Positions 10,853 through 22,200 of a stretch of 64,000 nucleotides of DNA are shown piece by piece. A program made the position numbers and the translations under genes. The first letter of the stretch is position 1. Every line of letters begins with the position of its first letter. The notes under the pieces were generated by a model, which was not told the DNA's origin, did not search any database, and saw only the letters and a program-made list of their open reading frames with translations. Origin of the DNA: a virus; the IMG/VR virus record IMGVR_UViG_3300042516_001464, positions 3,812-67,811 of that record; one strand, written 5' to 3'.

Positions 10853-11707
10853 ATGGCAAAGAGAAAATACAATAGGCCTCAAACAATTTATGAGGAGGAA
10901 ATGAGTCCAGAAGAAAAGTATGGAACATCAAGATTTTTTGAATCATTAATTAGGTCTGATCCAGATTCACAATCAAGTTTTGATTATTCTCAACTTGATG
11001 AGAAGTATCCAATTAAATCTATTGGAGGAAGAATGCAACTTGAAGAGCAAAGGCGCAATGAAAATCCTTTTCTTGAAGAAGACATTGCTTATAGAACAAA
11101 TATCATAAAGCAACGCGAATCAGAACTTGGGCTTAAAAAGGCTGCAAGAGATTTGGATATGTATGAATCGCAAATCAATCGCGAGGACGCAATACTTGAG
11201 CAAATTCCAGTTGCAAGGCAAAAACTATCCGATCTAGATGTTCGTGACCCTAATTTCATAAATAAGGCATACGATATTCAAGAACAGCATCCATTAGCGT
11301 TTGAGAGTGATAAATTTCAAAAGTATATCTTTCAACCAATGCTTAATCGTAATTCGCGTTTGATTAGCCGAAAGCAGGATGGAGTAATAACGCAAGAAGG
11401 GTTATCTAAAGCGATGGCAGAAATTTCAAAATATAACGAACTAATTGACGCTAGGGGCGAGGGGGTTGGTGCTTCAACGGAAGAGGATCGTTATCTTGGG
11501 TATTTGCAAAACCAAATTGACCAATTCTACGCGCAGAGGGGAATGGAGAATCCTAATGCAACTATGCCAATGCAAACACAACAAATGAACCGACCAGAAT
11601 CATTTTCATTTAACACTCCAGAAGAAGCGGAAGAGGCTAAAAGAAATAATATCTTGAAAGTAGGAGATAAAGTAATTATAGGTGGGAAGACATACATTAC
11701 TGAATAA
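10853..11707 (+). CDS. Putative internal virion protein
   Basis: Coiled-coil; C-terminal LKVGDKVIIGGKTY motif; coupled to the giant gene. Confidence 0.5.
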   Translation: MAKRKYNRPQTIYEEEMSPEEKYGTSRFFESLIRSDPDSQSSFDYSQLDEKYPIKSIGGRMQLEEQRRNENPFLEEDIAYRTNIIKQRESELGLKKAARDLDMYESQINREDAILEQIPVARQKLSDLDVRDPNFINKAYDIQEQHPLAFESDKFQKYIFQPMLNRNSRLISRKQDGVITQEGLSKAMAEISKYNELIDARGEGVGASTEEDRYLGYLQNQIDQFYAQRGMENPNATMPMQTQQMNRPESFSFNTPEEAEEAKRNNILKVGDKVIIGGKTYITE

Positions 11708-14700
11708 TGCCTTTCCGACTTTTAGATGAAGAGCCTAAAAAACTCGAAACAGAAATTACGCCTCAACAAACGCCAAGGATTGGGAGCTTTCGTCTTTTGG
11801 AAGACGAGCCAGCATTTGCTCAATCATCGCAACCTGCATACAAGTATGATGCTTCTCGTTTTCGCCCCAAGGGATTAACATCTACAAAATCAACGCAAGA
11901 AGCCCCGGAAGAACAAAGTATCTTCCGTCAAGTAGCAGATATCCCACTTGGCATTGCCCGTGGCGGTGTGACTGGTATCAAGATGATGACTGATATTCTT
12001 GGTGCTGATAATCCAGTATCAAAGTCATTAGCTGGAGTTGAGGGATACATGGCAGATTTGATGTCCGCTCAAGCAAAGGAAGATCAACAAGAGATTTCTC
12101 GCATTATGAAAGATGCCGAGGACAAGGGATTCGGCGAGCAGGTTAAGGCTGGTATTAAAGCGTTCAGCATTGCTCCAGTTGATATCATGTCTCAAGCGTT
12201 GGGAACAATGGCTCCTGTGCTTGCAACTGGTCTTGCTGGAAGCGCAGCAAAACTTGGAGCATTGGGGATTAGAGCGGTTCAAACTGGTGTTGGTGCTGGC
12301 ATGGGTGCTGGCATGATTAAAGGCGAGATTTACAATGAGGTTAAAAACGAACTCATTAATTCTGGAACTCCAGAGGAGCTTGCCGAGAAAGCTGCTGTTG
12401 AAGCGCAATCTTACGGAGGAAAGAACCTAGATCAGATTTTACTTGGAGCAGGACTGGGTGCGGCATCTACATTGGGAGCAGAGCAAATCCTTACGAGGCT
12501 TATAACAAAACAAGGCGTTGCTCCATCTGCTGGTATTATATCTCGCACATTAAAGGGAGGTTTTACAGAAGCTATTCCAGAAGGCGTTCAAGCTGCACAG
12601 GAACAATTGGCAAAGAACGTTGCATTGCAGAGAGAGGGATTTGATGTTGACCCATCCCGTGGTGTTGTTGCTGCCGCTACGATGGAAGCTATTGCTGGCG
12701 CACCATTGGGTGGTCTTGCTGGAGCTGTTGAGCAGCCAGCTAAAGTTAAGACTCTTGAAGAGGAGAAATTTGAGCAGACCAATGAGATTGCAAGGAATGC
12801 TGCTGAAAATGGCGCACCACTTACTGCATCCGCACTTCAAGACAAAGCCGCCGCTAATCTAAATCAAGATGAGCTTGCAAGAAAACTTGAAGAAGAACTT
12901 TCGATTTCTGCCGTTAAACCATCTGTAGCCGCACCTATAGCTATTCCTACAAAAGATGAGTATGTCGCAAGGTATTCGGCTATTGCACAGGCAGCACCAG
13001 AAGAACTTACAAGAGCAGAGCAATCGTTCACAAACGAACTCACTACTGCCGATACAGAAGAGAAACGCATCAATGCACAGAACGCATTAGACGCAATTAA
13101 AGAAGTAAAAGCAGCAGCCGCTGCGCAACCACCAACAACATATGCCACTCAAGAAATCATCCAGCAACAAGGCGTTCGTGAAGAACCTCAAGACAGAACT
13201 CAAGTTGGGGCGACCACAGAAACAGGCGTTAGCGATAGCATACTCGACGCAACGAGAAGCAAAGAAGAAAGGCAAGTAGCCAGAGACATCGTAAGCGAAC
13301 TGCAAGCTGTAGCGAACAATACCGCCACAGGCGAGCAGATTGCCCGTCTATCGATGGAAGGACTCGTAGATGTCCGTAGAGGCCAAGCCATCATTAACGA
13401 AGACGGTGAGGGCATTCTCGCGCAAGCACAAGCCCCATTGCCAAAGCTCACGCCAGAAGCAAGGGCTGCTGAAGTTGAAACTGCCCCAGCTACTCCGACT
13501 CCATCAGAACTTATCATTGGAGAAAAACCGCAAGTTTCTCCGATAGTAGGCGAGCAAGTTGCAGAGGCTACTCCAGCAGAACCAACTGTTAAGGAATCCT
13601 TGACAGTTCAGCCTGCACAAGCTGCACCCGTAGCTGCACCAGTAGAACAAGTAGTCACGCCACCAGTAGAGGTTGCACCAACCATTGCGGAGGCCGCTCC
13701 AGTTGAGCCGATTGCTCTTGCACCAGAAACTGCTGCTGTTGATAGATACACAGAGCTATCTCGCAATCCAAAAATCGGAACAGCTAAAGAACGAAAGGCT
13801 TTAGAACCAACTGTAGCAACAACAACATTCAAAACAAGTCGTGGCAGCACTTATTATATTTTGCCAGATGGGAAGATACGCCGAGACAAATACTCTGGAA
13901 CAACAAGTTACTCTGACCAGATTGCTTTTGTTTCTCCCGAAAACGCAGAAAAAATAAAAGAGATTCGGAATGAATATGAAGAAGGCAAGAATACTTCGGT
14001 TGAAATTACTCCAGAAGTAATCCGTTTTCGATTTAACGAAAAGATCGCAGAAGTTCCAATTGCTTCACAGTCACCGCAAGAAGGGCTTTCTCCCTTTGAA
14101 CTATCTGGTGGAAGATACCCGCATTTAGGTGATCCGGTAGTATCTCCCGCACCAGTCACCGAGCAAGCTGCACCAGCAGAAGCTCCCGCGCCAGAGGGTG
14201 CGCCTGCCCCACAAGTTGAACAAGAAATTGAAGTAGGTGATGAAGCGTCTGTTAATCTCGCTGGAAGAAATGAAACTGTAACCATTGCTCGTATAGAAGA
14301 CATCAACGGGGTTCCAACGGCATACTTTGATTATTTTGGATACAAGTCTCGACCATTAGCTGAAATGCAATTGGTTAAAAAATCAAAACAAAACATAGCA
14401 AAGGCTGAAAGAAAAGCAAAAGAGGCAAAGGCATCTCAAATAGAAATTACTCCACCTAAACCAGAAGACTTTTTTTCAAATGAAGAAATAGCAAGTCTTG
14501 TATCTGGAAAAGCTCCTGATGGATGGAAGTCCGACACATCTACACGCGATGATTTTTTTCTAACAGATACAAATGGGAAGCGTTGGAGTTTTAAGCCACA
14601 GTATGAAAATGGTGAAATTACATCAATTCTTATGCGTGCTGAAGGGCAAGTTACAGGCGTTACAATTACTAAAGCGCCCACTCCAGCAGTATCTGAAGCT

Positions 14701-17700
14701 CCAACTCAGCCAGAGGGCATCGCAGTAGGCAACCGCATCAAGTTAGGCAAGAGTCCACAGACATACACCATTGAAGAAGTAATTCCGCAGACAGCAACAG
14801 AGAGAGATTTGGGCGAGCAGTATTACTCTGTGAAGAACGAACGCACTGGAGAGGTGCAAGTAGTAGAGGCAATGGACATGAAGAAAGTTGGTGGGAAGAG
14901 AGCGCGGAAGATGGCAATTTCAGATGGAACGATTTCATACAATCAACTCCCAAGCAACATCCAGAAAGAAGCCGATTTTGTTCCTAACAAAGAATCAACA
15001 TTGTGGAAGTTGGAGCAAGTATCCGTTGAAGACTTGATGGAGAATAGCCCCGCTGGAATGACTGGAGATATTTCTGAAATTGAAGGCTATGATATAGATT
15101 CATTAATTAAAAGCATTAGGAAAGATGGAGTCAAGCAACCCATCGTGATGGTTCGCAATGCAGATGGATCAATTGATATTGAAGGTAATCATCGAGTATA
15201 TGCTGCGTATGAAGCTGGGCTTGATACAATCCCGGCTTATGTCCTACAAAAACAAGGCATTCTTAAACAGGCAGTCGAAGAGAAGATTTCTAAAACAGCA
15301 TTGATTGATAAAGATGGAAGCATCATTAGCGCACCAGACAAAAATCACGCAATGCTAATGGAGGAGAGCCAGTTTAATTTGGATGCTGGCGAGTATCCTC
15401 CAATGGAGAACTATGGGTTTGTTACAAACTTTGGAAGATTCGTTGGTCAGAAGGAAGCGCAGGAGATCGCTCGTAATTCGCAGCAAGTTATAGGAGGGCA
15501 GCAAATCAGCGGAGAGCTTGTTACTGCAATCAACGAAGAAGAGAGTGCGAATATTTTGAGGCTCAATGTCCAAGGTGCTTCTGGAAACAAATTCAATGAA
15601 GCAGGGTTCAAGAGATTCCCCGGCATTGCTGTTACGAGAACTAATTCTGAAACACTAACATCGCATCCGCTATACAATGCTGCCAAACGATTCAACAATG
15701 TAGAGGCTGCTAAAATCATTGTTGATGAATTTGTAGACGATCAAATGGTGTTTGATGTGTTTACCAACATTGATCCAAACAAGCCAGCGTATATTGTGCC
15801 TGTTCTTAAAGGTGAAGCTGATTCAATGAATATGCTTCCAGTCGCATTGGCTGAAAAACTTTCCAATGCAAGCGGAGTCCCCGTGTGGGGTAACTTGATT
15901 CAAGCAACTTCAGAGCAAAGCACAGGCGCTGGGGTGAATGAAAAGACAGAGATATCAAGGCAATTCATGGGTGAAGCTCCTCCAGCCGGATCGCAGATAA
16001 TTATCGTTGATGACTATCTTGCTACTGGCAGAACAATTGCATCGCTTGAAAACATGACTGGAACAGCATCTTCTGTTGCGACAATAGCTTCTGGAAGATA
16101 CGGAAATCAATATGGCTTAACTACTCAACGAGCAGAAAAACTCCTTGAGAAGGCAGGCATTACAAGAGAGAGATTTTATGAAATATATGGACTACAACCA
16201 GAACAAGCAATCACAGGAATCGAGGCCCAGGCTTACATCCTCAATGGGGCCGCTGGCGAAGGTGGACTCACAAGTAGATTCCCTGTCGAAAAAATTTCAC
16301 CAAGCAATGAAGGAATTAAAAACATTGCGAATGTCCCAGAATCAGTAGTTCTATTTGCTGGTGGTGGGCTTACAGAGCTTGGACTTGTTGGGATTGTAAG
16401 AAATGGATATGTTGTTGAGGCCAATCAACGGATAGCTGAATTCTACGAGGAAGCTCATGGCGTTCCTGTAATTCAAGACTATGTCCAGAATGTAAAGTTT
16501 TATGGTATTAATGGAGGTCATCTACACGCATCCCCCGTTTGCAAAAACTTCTCTACTGCTAAAAACAAACAACAAGTTACAGAGCAAGATAAGATTATTG
16601 ACAGAGAAGCTGCTGGCGCTGTAGCTCAAGCAATTAGGGACATACAACCAAATACTGTTTCTATTGAAAATGTAACTGGATACAAAGATACAGAATCATA
16701 CAATTCCATTATCTCTGCGCTTGAGGAGAATGGTTATATTTATGATGCGAATTTTTACAACGCAAATGATTTTGGAGCGCCAACATCTCGCAAGCGTTTG
16801 ATTGTTAGAGCAGTTAAAAAGGGTGGAGTTCTTCCAGAAATACGCAAGAAAAAGAAAAGAATGTCTTGGTATGATGCCGTTAAGGACATCGTAAATGATT
16901 TGCCGGATCACGATATCAATGCCGCGAGGTATCCAGCCAGAATGATGTCCTACTTGGCTGCAAAGGGAATTGATATTTATAATGTTGATCAACCGCTTTT
17001 GATTAGCGGAACTGATGGCAAAACATTCCGCAATGCAGATCAGCCAGCAATGACATTCTTGGCTACTCCAAGGGCGCTTAATATTATTGCTCTTCCTGGT
17101 GGCATCATTAAGAAGGTCACAGCACGGGCAATGGCAAGAATGACTGGCGTTCCAGATTCATTCCCGCTACCAGCAGATGAGGCTCTTGCAAAAACTATTA
17201 TTGGAAACGGAATTCCTCCTGCGCTTACAAGATCGGTAATTGGCGACTTGATTCAGAAGAATGAAAAGCCAGAAGTTGCCGTTCCAAAAGTAGCAGCTGA
17301 AAAGAATCAATATACATTTGATGCAGCTGAAAAAGAAGTTACAAATTTCTTCGGTGAAATGCCGGAAGGAATTGTTATTGTAAACAATACAACCGATCCA
17401 GACTTGCAATTTAAAGCCGGATACGATGTGAAGACAGGTGAAATTATTATTAACCTTGCATACATCGATAAGAAGGAAAATATCGGAGACATTATCTCTC
17501 ACGAACTTGGGCATTATATCTTTGGTGATCCGCAATTCCGGGCAGACTTCCAAGAGTTTTGGGACATGATGACTCCAGAAGAACAGGCTGAAGCTGATAG
17601 GATTATCAACCAATTTTACAACAACGAGACTAACGAAACCAAAATTGAAGAGAAACAGATTCGCGCATTCATGCAGTTGATCTCTGACTCTAAAGCTCAA

Positions 17701-20700
17701 CCACAATGGAAGCAATTGCTAGATAGCATCAAGCGTTGGATGAACAAATACTTTGGAACTAAATTCCAAACAACAGATAGGACTGCATTGGCTATCCTTT
17801 CTACTGCAATGAATCGCTTTGCAAGCGGGGAGCGAATCATCCGTGAGATTGATTCTGGCGTGCTGAAGATGGCAGCAGAGCCAAAGCGTGAGAAGGTAGC
17901 AGGCAAAGAGCGTGGAGAGATCATCACCACTCCAGAAGGGATTATTAAGCAAACGCAAGAGGTGCTACGAAACAAGTTCTTTGATGGAACGGAAGTTTCA
18001 GATAATGCAACTCAACAAGCGTGGAACTATATAGAGCAGTTGTTGGATATTAAATCCGGCGCGGCCAATGCGCTTGCAGGACAGATTAACGATGTAGTTG
18101 ATCAAGAGACGAATTCTGACTCCAGAATGGGGGCAAGTTTGTTTTCTGTATCTTTGGCTAACTATGCCGCGAAGCTCGCTGCTCAAGGTGACATGACAAT
18201 GCTTCCATACATTATCCGCAGGATCAATCGTATGCCAGTTGATAACCTTGCTGGGGGCAGAAGCGAAGCTGGTGAAGCGTTGAGAGCTGCAAGGGAATAT
18301 CAAATCGATGGATTCAATACGCTCAAGACAGAAGACAAGGCGAAGGTTGAAAGAACAGCAGCTACATTGTTTGGAACTGATAAGCCAAGCAAAGATCAAG
18401 TAAAGGTTGTTGAAGATGCTATTAAGGCTTCCGAGGATGAAACAATTGGTAATCCAGAGGATGTTGCCGCTGAAATTGAGAAGGTTGAGAATAGAACTGG
18501 CAGAAGGGTTGTTGACAAGGTCGAAGGTAAGATCAAGGAATCAACAGAACCAAAAAAAGAAGAGCTTCTTATTTCATTTGAGAATTTAGATGCAGACAAA
18601 AAGATCAAAGGCATCACGCTTAAATACAGCCCACAGAAAGTAAATGTAGTCAAAAACATTCAGAACCTCATCATCGGCAAGATGGTTGATTATCGAAAAG
18701 CACTTGTTAATCAAGGCGCAGGTGGACTTGAATCTACATTCTGGCAGACGATGAGCAGTCTGGAAAACAAGCCCGGACCATTGGGTGAGATTGACCAGGC
18801 TCAAAACAACGAGCTTGCAAGAATTGTTAAGAACACGCTTATCAAACTTGGGCTTCAAGGTGAGCCTAAGAATACAAAAATGACGGACATTGAGAAGGTT
18901 GCGTCCATCTTGAACGAGAATAAGTTGAGTGATGAGAAGAGACTTGAAGCTGATCAACGGATTGTTCAAGAGATTGAGCGTAGAAGGCAGAGTGAACTTG
19001 CATCCGGCTCAAGCCCAGAAGCTGTAAATGCAAAATACGATGTCATTCTCGATGCTTGGAATGAAGCGATGAGCAGGCAGTTGAATATGCCGATTAGCGA
19101 TAATATGCTTCAGCGTTTGCTGAAATCGGAAATAAAACAACGCAATACTCAGATTAGCGAACTCATCAATGAGAATGACGGAAGAGTTGTTGAGGAAGTT
19201 AAGAACGACATTGTTGATTCTATTATTCGCAGAATCTATGGTGTTTCTAAAGAGTCCGAAACAGGAATTGAGATGGATGAGGATTACAGCAATCTTCAGT
19301 CATATCTCAAGCAGACGATCAACAATATGTATGCAACAGCTATCCAGAAGAAGAATGCTGCATACGCAAAGCGTCAAGCTGAGAGAAGCCTCAAAAATAA
19401 TGTTGATGCACAAGCGCAATCAATCATCAATCAACTCTCAACGGAGTTAAGTGATACCCCATCATTCTCGCCGCAAATAGAAAACAAGGTTAAGGTTATT
19501 GTTCAACAAGACTTGAGGCAAAATCCAAACATGGGACGTAAGCAACCATGGACAAGCCAGCTTACAGCAAAGCTCATTGACGCTGGTGTGGACGAGACAC
19601 AGGCTCAAACAATCTCTGAACTAACCTGGAGACAGCATGAGATTAAGAAGATGGATCGTGATCTTAAGGAACTCAAGACAGCAGCTGAAAAAGGATCGCT
19701 TGCCGTTATCATTGATCGAATCAAAACAACGCCATTAGAGAAGCAGCAAGAGCCTAACTGGATGCAAGGCGTGATTCGTGAATACTTGGTTGAAGCCGGA
19801 CTATCTGATAAAGCTGCTGAAACTGCCGCGAAACTATACGAAAGCGTAATCTCTGAAAAGTTCGCAGAAGCGAAACAAAAAGCATTTGAAACAACACTTA
19901 ATAAATCCGCTCCGTGGCAAAACTATCTTTCAAGAAATAGCCGACTTGGCAAGGACGCATTGAAGAGAATTCAAGACGCGATTAGAACTGGAGTTCTTGA
20001 TCCAACGCAAAATGTCGAAAGCATTATTGCAAGAGAGAATGGGTGGTCTGGTTTTACTAAAGAACAATTCCAACGCATTGTTCAATTGGACAATGTTATA
20101 TCCAGTCCAGATACAGACCAAGTTACAAAAGCGGAGGCAATGGACGAGCTTAACAAGATCATCGTTAAGGCGAAGATTCCAGTAAGATTCAAGGATGCCA
20201 TCGGCGCATATTATGTTGGTCAGGCGCTTATGGGTATTCCAACGCTAACCGTTAACATTGCGTCACCTATTGGGTTCTCTGTCAGAAATCTTATCACAGA
20301 TATCGGACGCTATGCGTTTACTGAACCATCGAGAATTCCAATGGCATTTGAAACATTCTTGGATAGTATGAAGTCTTGGTATAACCAAAGCTCATACGCA
20401 TTCAGAAACCAAATCTACATGAATGATGTGGTTGAGTATTTGAATGGTCAGAATGTTCTTCGTGAATTGTTTGACAAAGGAAAAGCTCAATGGGCTAAAG
20501 GTGAGTATGCGAACGGCATGGCAAATATGCTTGTTGGCATGACGCAAATTACTGGTCGAGTTCTGTCGGCTTTGGATCAAGGCGCTATCTCTATGTTGGA
20601 GAATCAAAACATTACGAGATATGCGATGGAGGCAATGAAGCAAAGAAACATTCCGCAATCAAAGCGGAAGGAGATTGCCAACATGATCTTTGATACACGC

Positions 20701-22200
20701 AGAAGGACATATGCAGAAAATGTTGCTGCTGGCATGGAGAAAGATCGCGCTGGTGTGCTGGCTGATTTGGCAGTCAGAAGCGAGATTATCAATGCGCTTT
20801 CTCCAGAAGGAATTGATTTCAAGGATGTATTGGATTCTGCTATTAACGACTCATTGCAATCTGTTGGTAGAAACAAGACAATTAATGTTGATGGAATTGT
20901 TAAGGAGAATGAAAGGCTATCTGATGCGGGTGTGCTGTCTTATCTTCCAATTGAATTCCTCCAAAAGATAGCATCCGGCGCGGCAAGTAGTGGGCCATTG
21001 ATGCAGGTATTCTCCAAGATGGTTTATGGATTTGCTCTTGTCCCAGCCAGAGTATTCCATACAACAGCCTGGTATTCTCCATATGGATTCATTCGACTTG
21101 GTATTGATGCTTATAAAAAGAATAAGGGCGAAGATTCGCCATATGCGATGAGTTTGCAAACAGACCTGCAATACAAGCAAAGGCTTACAGACGCTATCGC
21201 CGGATCAATTGTCATGCTTGGACTCGCCGCTCTTGCAAGTGGATCAGCTGATGATGACGAAGAGAAGAAGTTTAAGATTGTTATTACAGGTAATGGTCCA
21301 AGTTATTCAGCAGACAGGCAGTTCTTTGATGCGTGGCATAAAAAGTATAAGCCATACAGCATTAATATTGTTATGGGCGATACCGTTATTCCAATCAACA
21401 TTGGACGAGGCGGCGAGGCATTGTTCTTCCCAATTATGCTTGCTGGCGCATTGGACGATTGGGGAATTAAAAAGAAACTTAATCTTACCAAAAAAGAACC
21501 AGAAGACTTGAACCTCGCTGTGGAAGTGTTGGGGTCATCATTCTTTGCCTTGGCTCAAAGAGGGCCATATGCTGCGTTTACCAAACCATTGTTTGATGCA
21601 TCTAAAGAAGGCAAGATTACAGAAGAACTTGTTAGCCAAGCCGGGTTCTTTGGTAAAACATTTGTTCCGATATTAGGTTCATCTCTTTCAAGGAATATTT
21701 CTGACTTTATTAACGATCCAATTGATAGGTCTTCATTGGAGGGAGCTATCTACGCTAATACACCTATTGTTGGTCCGTGGATGGGCGCTAAAGCTCTTAA
21801 TGCATTGGGGCAACCAATTAGGGCGGACGATTGGGGAGATAGGCTATTTAAGCTCGGAGTGCCAGTTGTATTCTCATTCCCTAAAAATACTCCAGAGAAT
21901 GAACTCAATGAGCTTATCCTTCAGAAAGGAAGTGGACCATCAATCCCAACAAGAGCCAATGCGCAGAAACGATTTGGTGATGTTCTGACAGATAAAGAGT
22001 TTGAAACATATGTGCGTGAATATGGACGAGTTGTGTCTGACAAGATGTTCAAGAACAGGAAACAACTTGAAAAGATGTCTGTCAAAGATTACGATGATGA
22101 ACTTCAAAGATATGTCACGGGATACTCAATCGATGGAATTAAAATTACTGGGGCATCAGATATGGCAGTTCGTGCTGTAAGAAGGATGCGAGGCGAATGA
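11707..22200 (+). CDS. Giant polyvalent internal virion protein (ParB-like, PRTase, C5 DNA MTase, zincin domains)
   Basis: EGNHRVYAA (ParB-like); IIIVDDYLATGRT (PRTase); LFAGGG/SPVC/ENV/RKRL/GNGIPP (C5-MTase); SHELGH (HExxH). Confidence 0.85.
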   Translation: MPFRLLDEEPKKLETEITPQQTPRIGSFRLLEDEPAFAQSSQPAYKYDASRFRPKGLTSTKSTQEAPEEQSIFRQVADIPLGIARGGVTGIKMMTDILGADNPVSKSLAGVEGYMADLMSAQAKEDQQEISRIMKDAEDKGFGEQVKAGIKAFSIAPVDIMSQALGTMAPVLATGLAGSAAKLGALGIRAVQTGVGAGMGAGMIKGEIYNEVKNELINSGTPEELAEKAAVEAQSYGGKNLDQILLGAGLGAASTLGAEQILTRLITKQGVAPSAGIISRTLKGGFTEAIPEGVQAAQEQLAKNVALQREGFDVDPSRGVVAAATMEAIAGAPLGGLAGAVEQPAKVKTLEEEKFEQTNEIARNAAENGAPLTASALQDKAAANLNQDELARKLEEELSISAVKPSVAAPIAIPTKDEYVARYSAIAQAAPEELTRAEQSFTNELTTADTEEKRINAQNALDAIKEVKAAAAAQPPTTYATQEIIQQQGVREEPQDRTQVGATTETGVSDSILDATRSKEERQVARDIVSELQAVANNTATGEQIARLSMEGLVDVRRGQAIINEDGEGILAQAQAPLPKLTPEARAAEVETAPATPTPSELIIGEKPQVSPIVGEQVAEATPAEPTVKESLTVQPAQAAPVAAPVEQVVTPPVEVAPTIAEAAPVEPIALAPETAAVDRYTELSRNPKIGTAKERKALEPTVATTTFKTSRGSTYYILPDGKIRRDKYSGTTSYSDQIAFVSPENAEKIKEIRNEYEEGKNTSVEITPEVIRFRFNEKIAEVPIASQSPQEGLSPFELSGGRYPHLGDPVVSPAPVTEQAAPAEAPAPEGAPAPQVEQEIEVGDEASVNLAGRNETVTIARIEDINGVPTAYFDYFGYKSRPLAEMQLVKKSKQNIAKAERKAKEAKASQIEITPPKPEDFFSNEEIASLVSGKAPDGWKSDTSTRDDFFLTDTNGKRWSFKPQYENGEITSILMRAEGQVTGVTITKAPTPAVSEAPTQPEGIAVGNRIKLGKSPQTYTIEEVIPQTATERDLGEQYYSVKNERTGEVQVVEAMDMKKVGGKRARKMAISDGTISYNQLPSNIQKEADFVPNKESTLWKLEQVSVEDLMENSPAGMTGDISEIEGYDIDSLIKSIRKDGVKQPIVMVRNADGSIDIEGNHRVYAAYEAGLDTIPAYVLQKQGILKQAVEEKISKTALIDKDGSIISAPDKNHAMLMEESQFNLDAGEYPPMENYGFVTNFGRFVGQKEAQEIARNSQQVIGGQQISGELVTAINEEESANILRLNVQGASGNKFNEAGFKRFPGIAVTRTNSETLTSHPLYNAAKRFNNVEAAKIIVDEFVDDQMVFDVFTNIDPNKPAYIVPVLKGEADSMNMLPVALAEKLSNASGVPVWGNLIQATSEQSTGAGVNEKTEISRQFMGEAPPAGSQIIIVDDYLATGRTIASLENMTGTASSVATIASGRYGNQYGLTTQRAEKLLEKAGITRERFYEIYGLQPEQAITGIEAQAYILNGAAGEGGLTSRFPVEKISPSNEGIKNIANVPESVVLFAGGGLTELGLVGIVRNGYVVEANQRIAEFYEEAHGVPVIQDYVQNVKFYGINGGHLHASPVCKNFSTAKNKQQVTEQDKIIDREAAGAVAQAIRDIQPNTVSIENVTGYKDTESYNSIISALEENGYIYDANFYNANDFGAPTSRKRLIVRAVKKGGVLPEIRKKKKRMSWYDAVKDIVNDLPDHDINAARYPARMMSYLAAKGIDIYNVDQPLLISGTDGKTFRNADQPAMTFLATPRALNIIALPGGIIKKVTARAMARMTGVPDSFPLPADEALAKTIIGNGIPPALTRSVIGDLIQKNEKPEVAVPKVAAEKNQYTFDAAEKEVTNFFGEMPEGIVIVNNTTDPDLQFKAGYDVKTGEIIINLAYIDKKENIGDIISHELGHYIFGDPQFRADFQEFWDMMTPEEQAEADRIINQFYNNETNETKIEEKQIRAFMQLISDSKAQPQWKQLLDSIKRWMNKYFGTKFQTTDRTALAILSTAMNRFASGERIIREIDSGVLKMAAEPKREKVAGKERGEIITTPEGIIKQTQEVLRNKFFDGTEVSDNATQQAWNYIEQLLDIKSGAANALAGQINDVVDQETNSDSRMGASLFSVSLANYAAKLAAQGDMTMLPYIIRRINRMPVDNLAGGRSEAGEALRAAREYQIDGFNTLKTEDKAKVERTAATLFGTDKPSKDQVKVVEDAIKASEDETIGNPEDVAAEIEKVENRTGRRVVDKVEGKIKESTEPKKEELLISFENLDADKKIKGITLKYSPQKVNVVKNIQNLIIGKMVDYRKALVNQGAGGLESTFWQTMSSLENKPGPLGEIDQAQNNELARIVKNTLIKLGLQGEPKNTKMTDIEKVASILNENKLSDEKRLEADQRIVQEIERRRQSELASGSSPEAVNAKYDVILDAWNEAMSRQLNMPISDNMLQRLLKSEIKQRNTQISELINENDGRVVEEVKNDIVDSIIRRIYGVSKESETGIEMDEDYSNLQSYLKQTINNMYATAIQKKNAAYAKRQAERSLKNNVDAQAQSIINQLSTELSDTPSFSPQIENKVKVIVQQDLRQNPNMGRKQPWTSQLTAKLIDAGVDETQAQTISELTWRQHEIKKMDRDLKELKTAAEKGSLAVIIDRIKTTPLEKQQEPNWMQGVIREYLVEAGLSDKAAETAAKLYESVISEKFAEAKQKAFETTLNKSAPWQNYLSRNSRLGKDALKRIQDAIRTGVLDPTQNVESIIARENGWSGFTKEQFQRIVQLDNVISSPDTDQVTKAEAMDELNKIIVKAKIPVRFKDAIGAYYVGQALMGIPTLTVNIASPIGFSVRNLITDIGRYAFTEPSRIPMAFETFLDSMKSWYNQSSYAFRNQIYMNDVVEYLNGQNVLRELFDKGKAQWAKGEYANGMANMLVGMTQITGRVLSALDQGAISMLENQNITRYAMEAMKQRNIPQSKRKEIANMIFDTRRRTYAENVAAGMEKDRAGVLADLAVRSEIINALSPEGIDFKDVLDSAINDSLQSVGRNKTINVDGIVKENERLSDAGVLSYLPIEFLQKIASGAASSGPLMQVFSKMVYGFALVPARVFHTTAWYSPYGFIRLGIDAYKKNKGEDSPYAMSLQTDLQYKQRLTDAIAGSIVMLGLAALASGSADDDEEKKFKIVITGNGPSYSADRQFFDAWHKKYKPYSINIVMGDTVIPINIGRGGEALFFPIMLAGALDDWGIKKKLNLTKKEPEDLNLAVEVLGSSFFALAQRGPYAAFTKPLFDASKEGKITEELVSQAGFFGKTFVPILGSSLSRNISDFINDPIDRSSLEGAIYANTPIVGPWMGAKALNALGQPIRADDWGDRLFKLGVPVVFSFPKNTPENELNELILQKGSGPSIPTRANAQKRFGDVLTDKEFETYVREYGRVVSDKMFKNRKQLEKMSVKDYDDELQRYVTGYSIDGIKITGASDMAVRAVRRMRGE

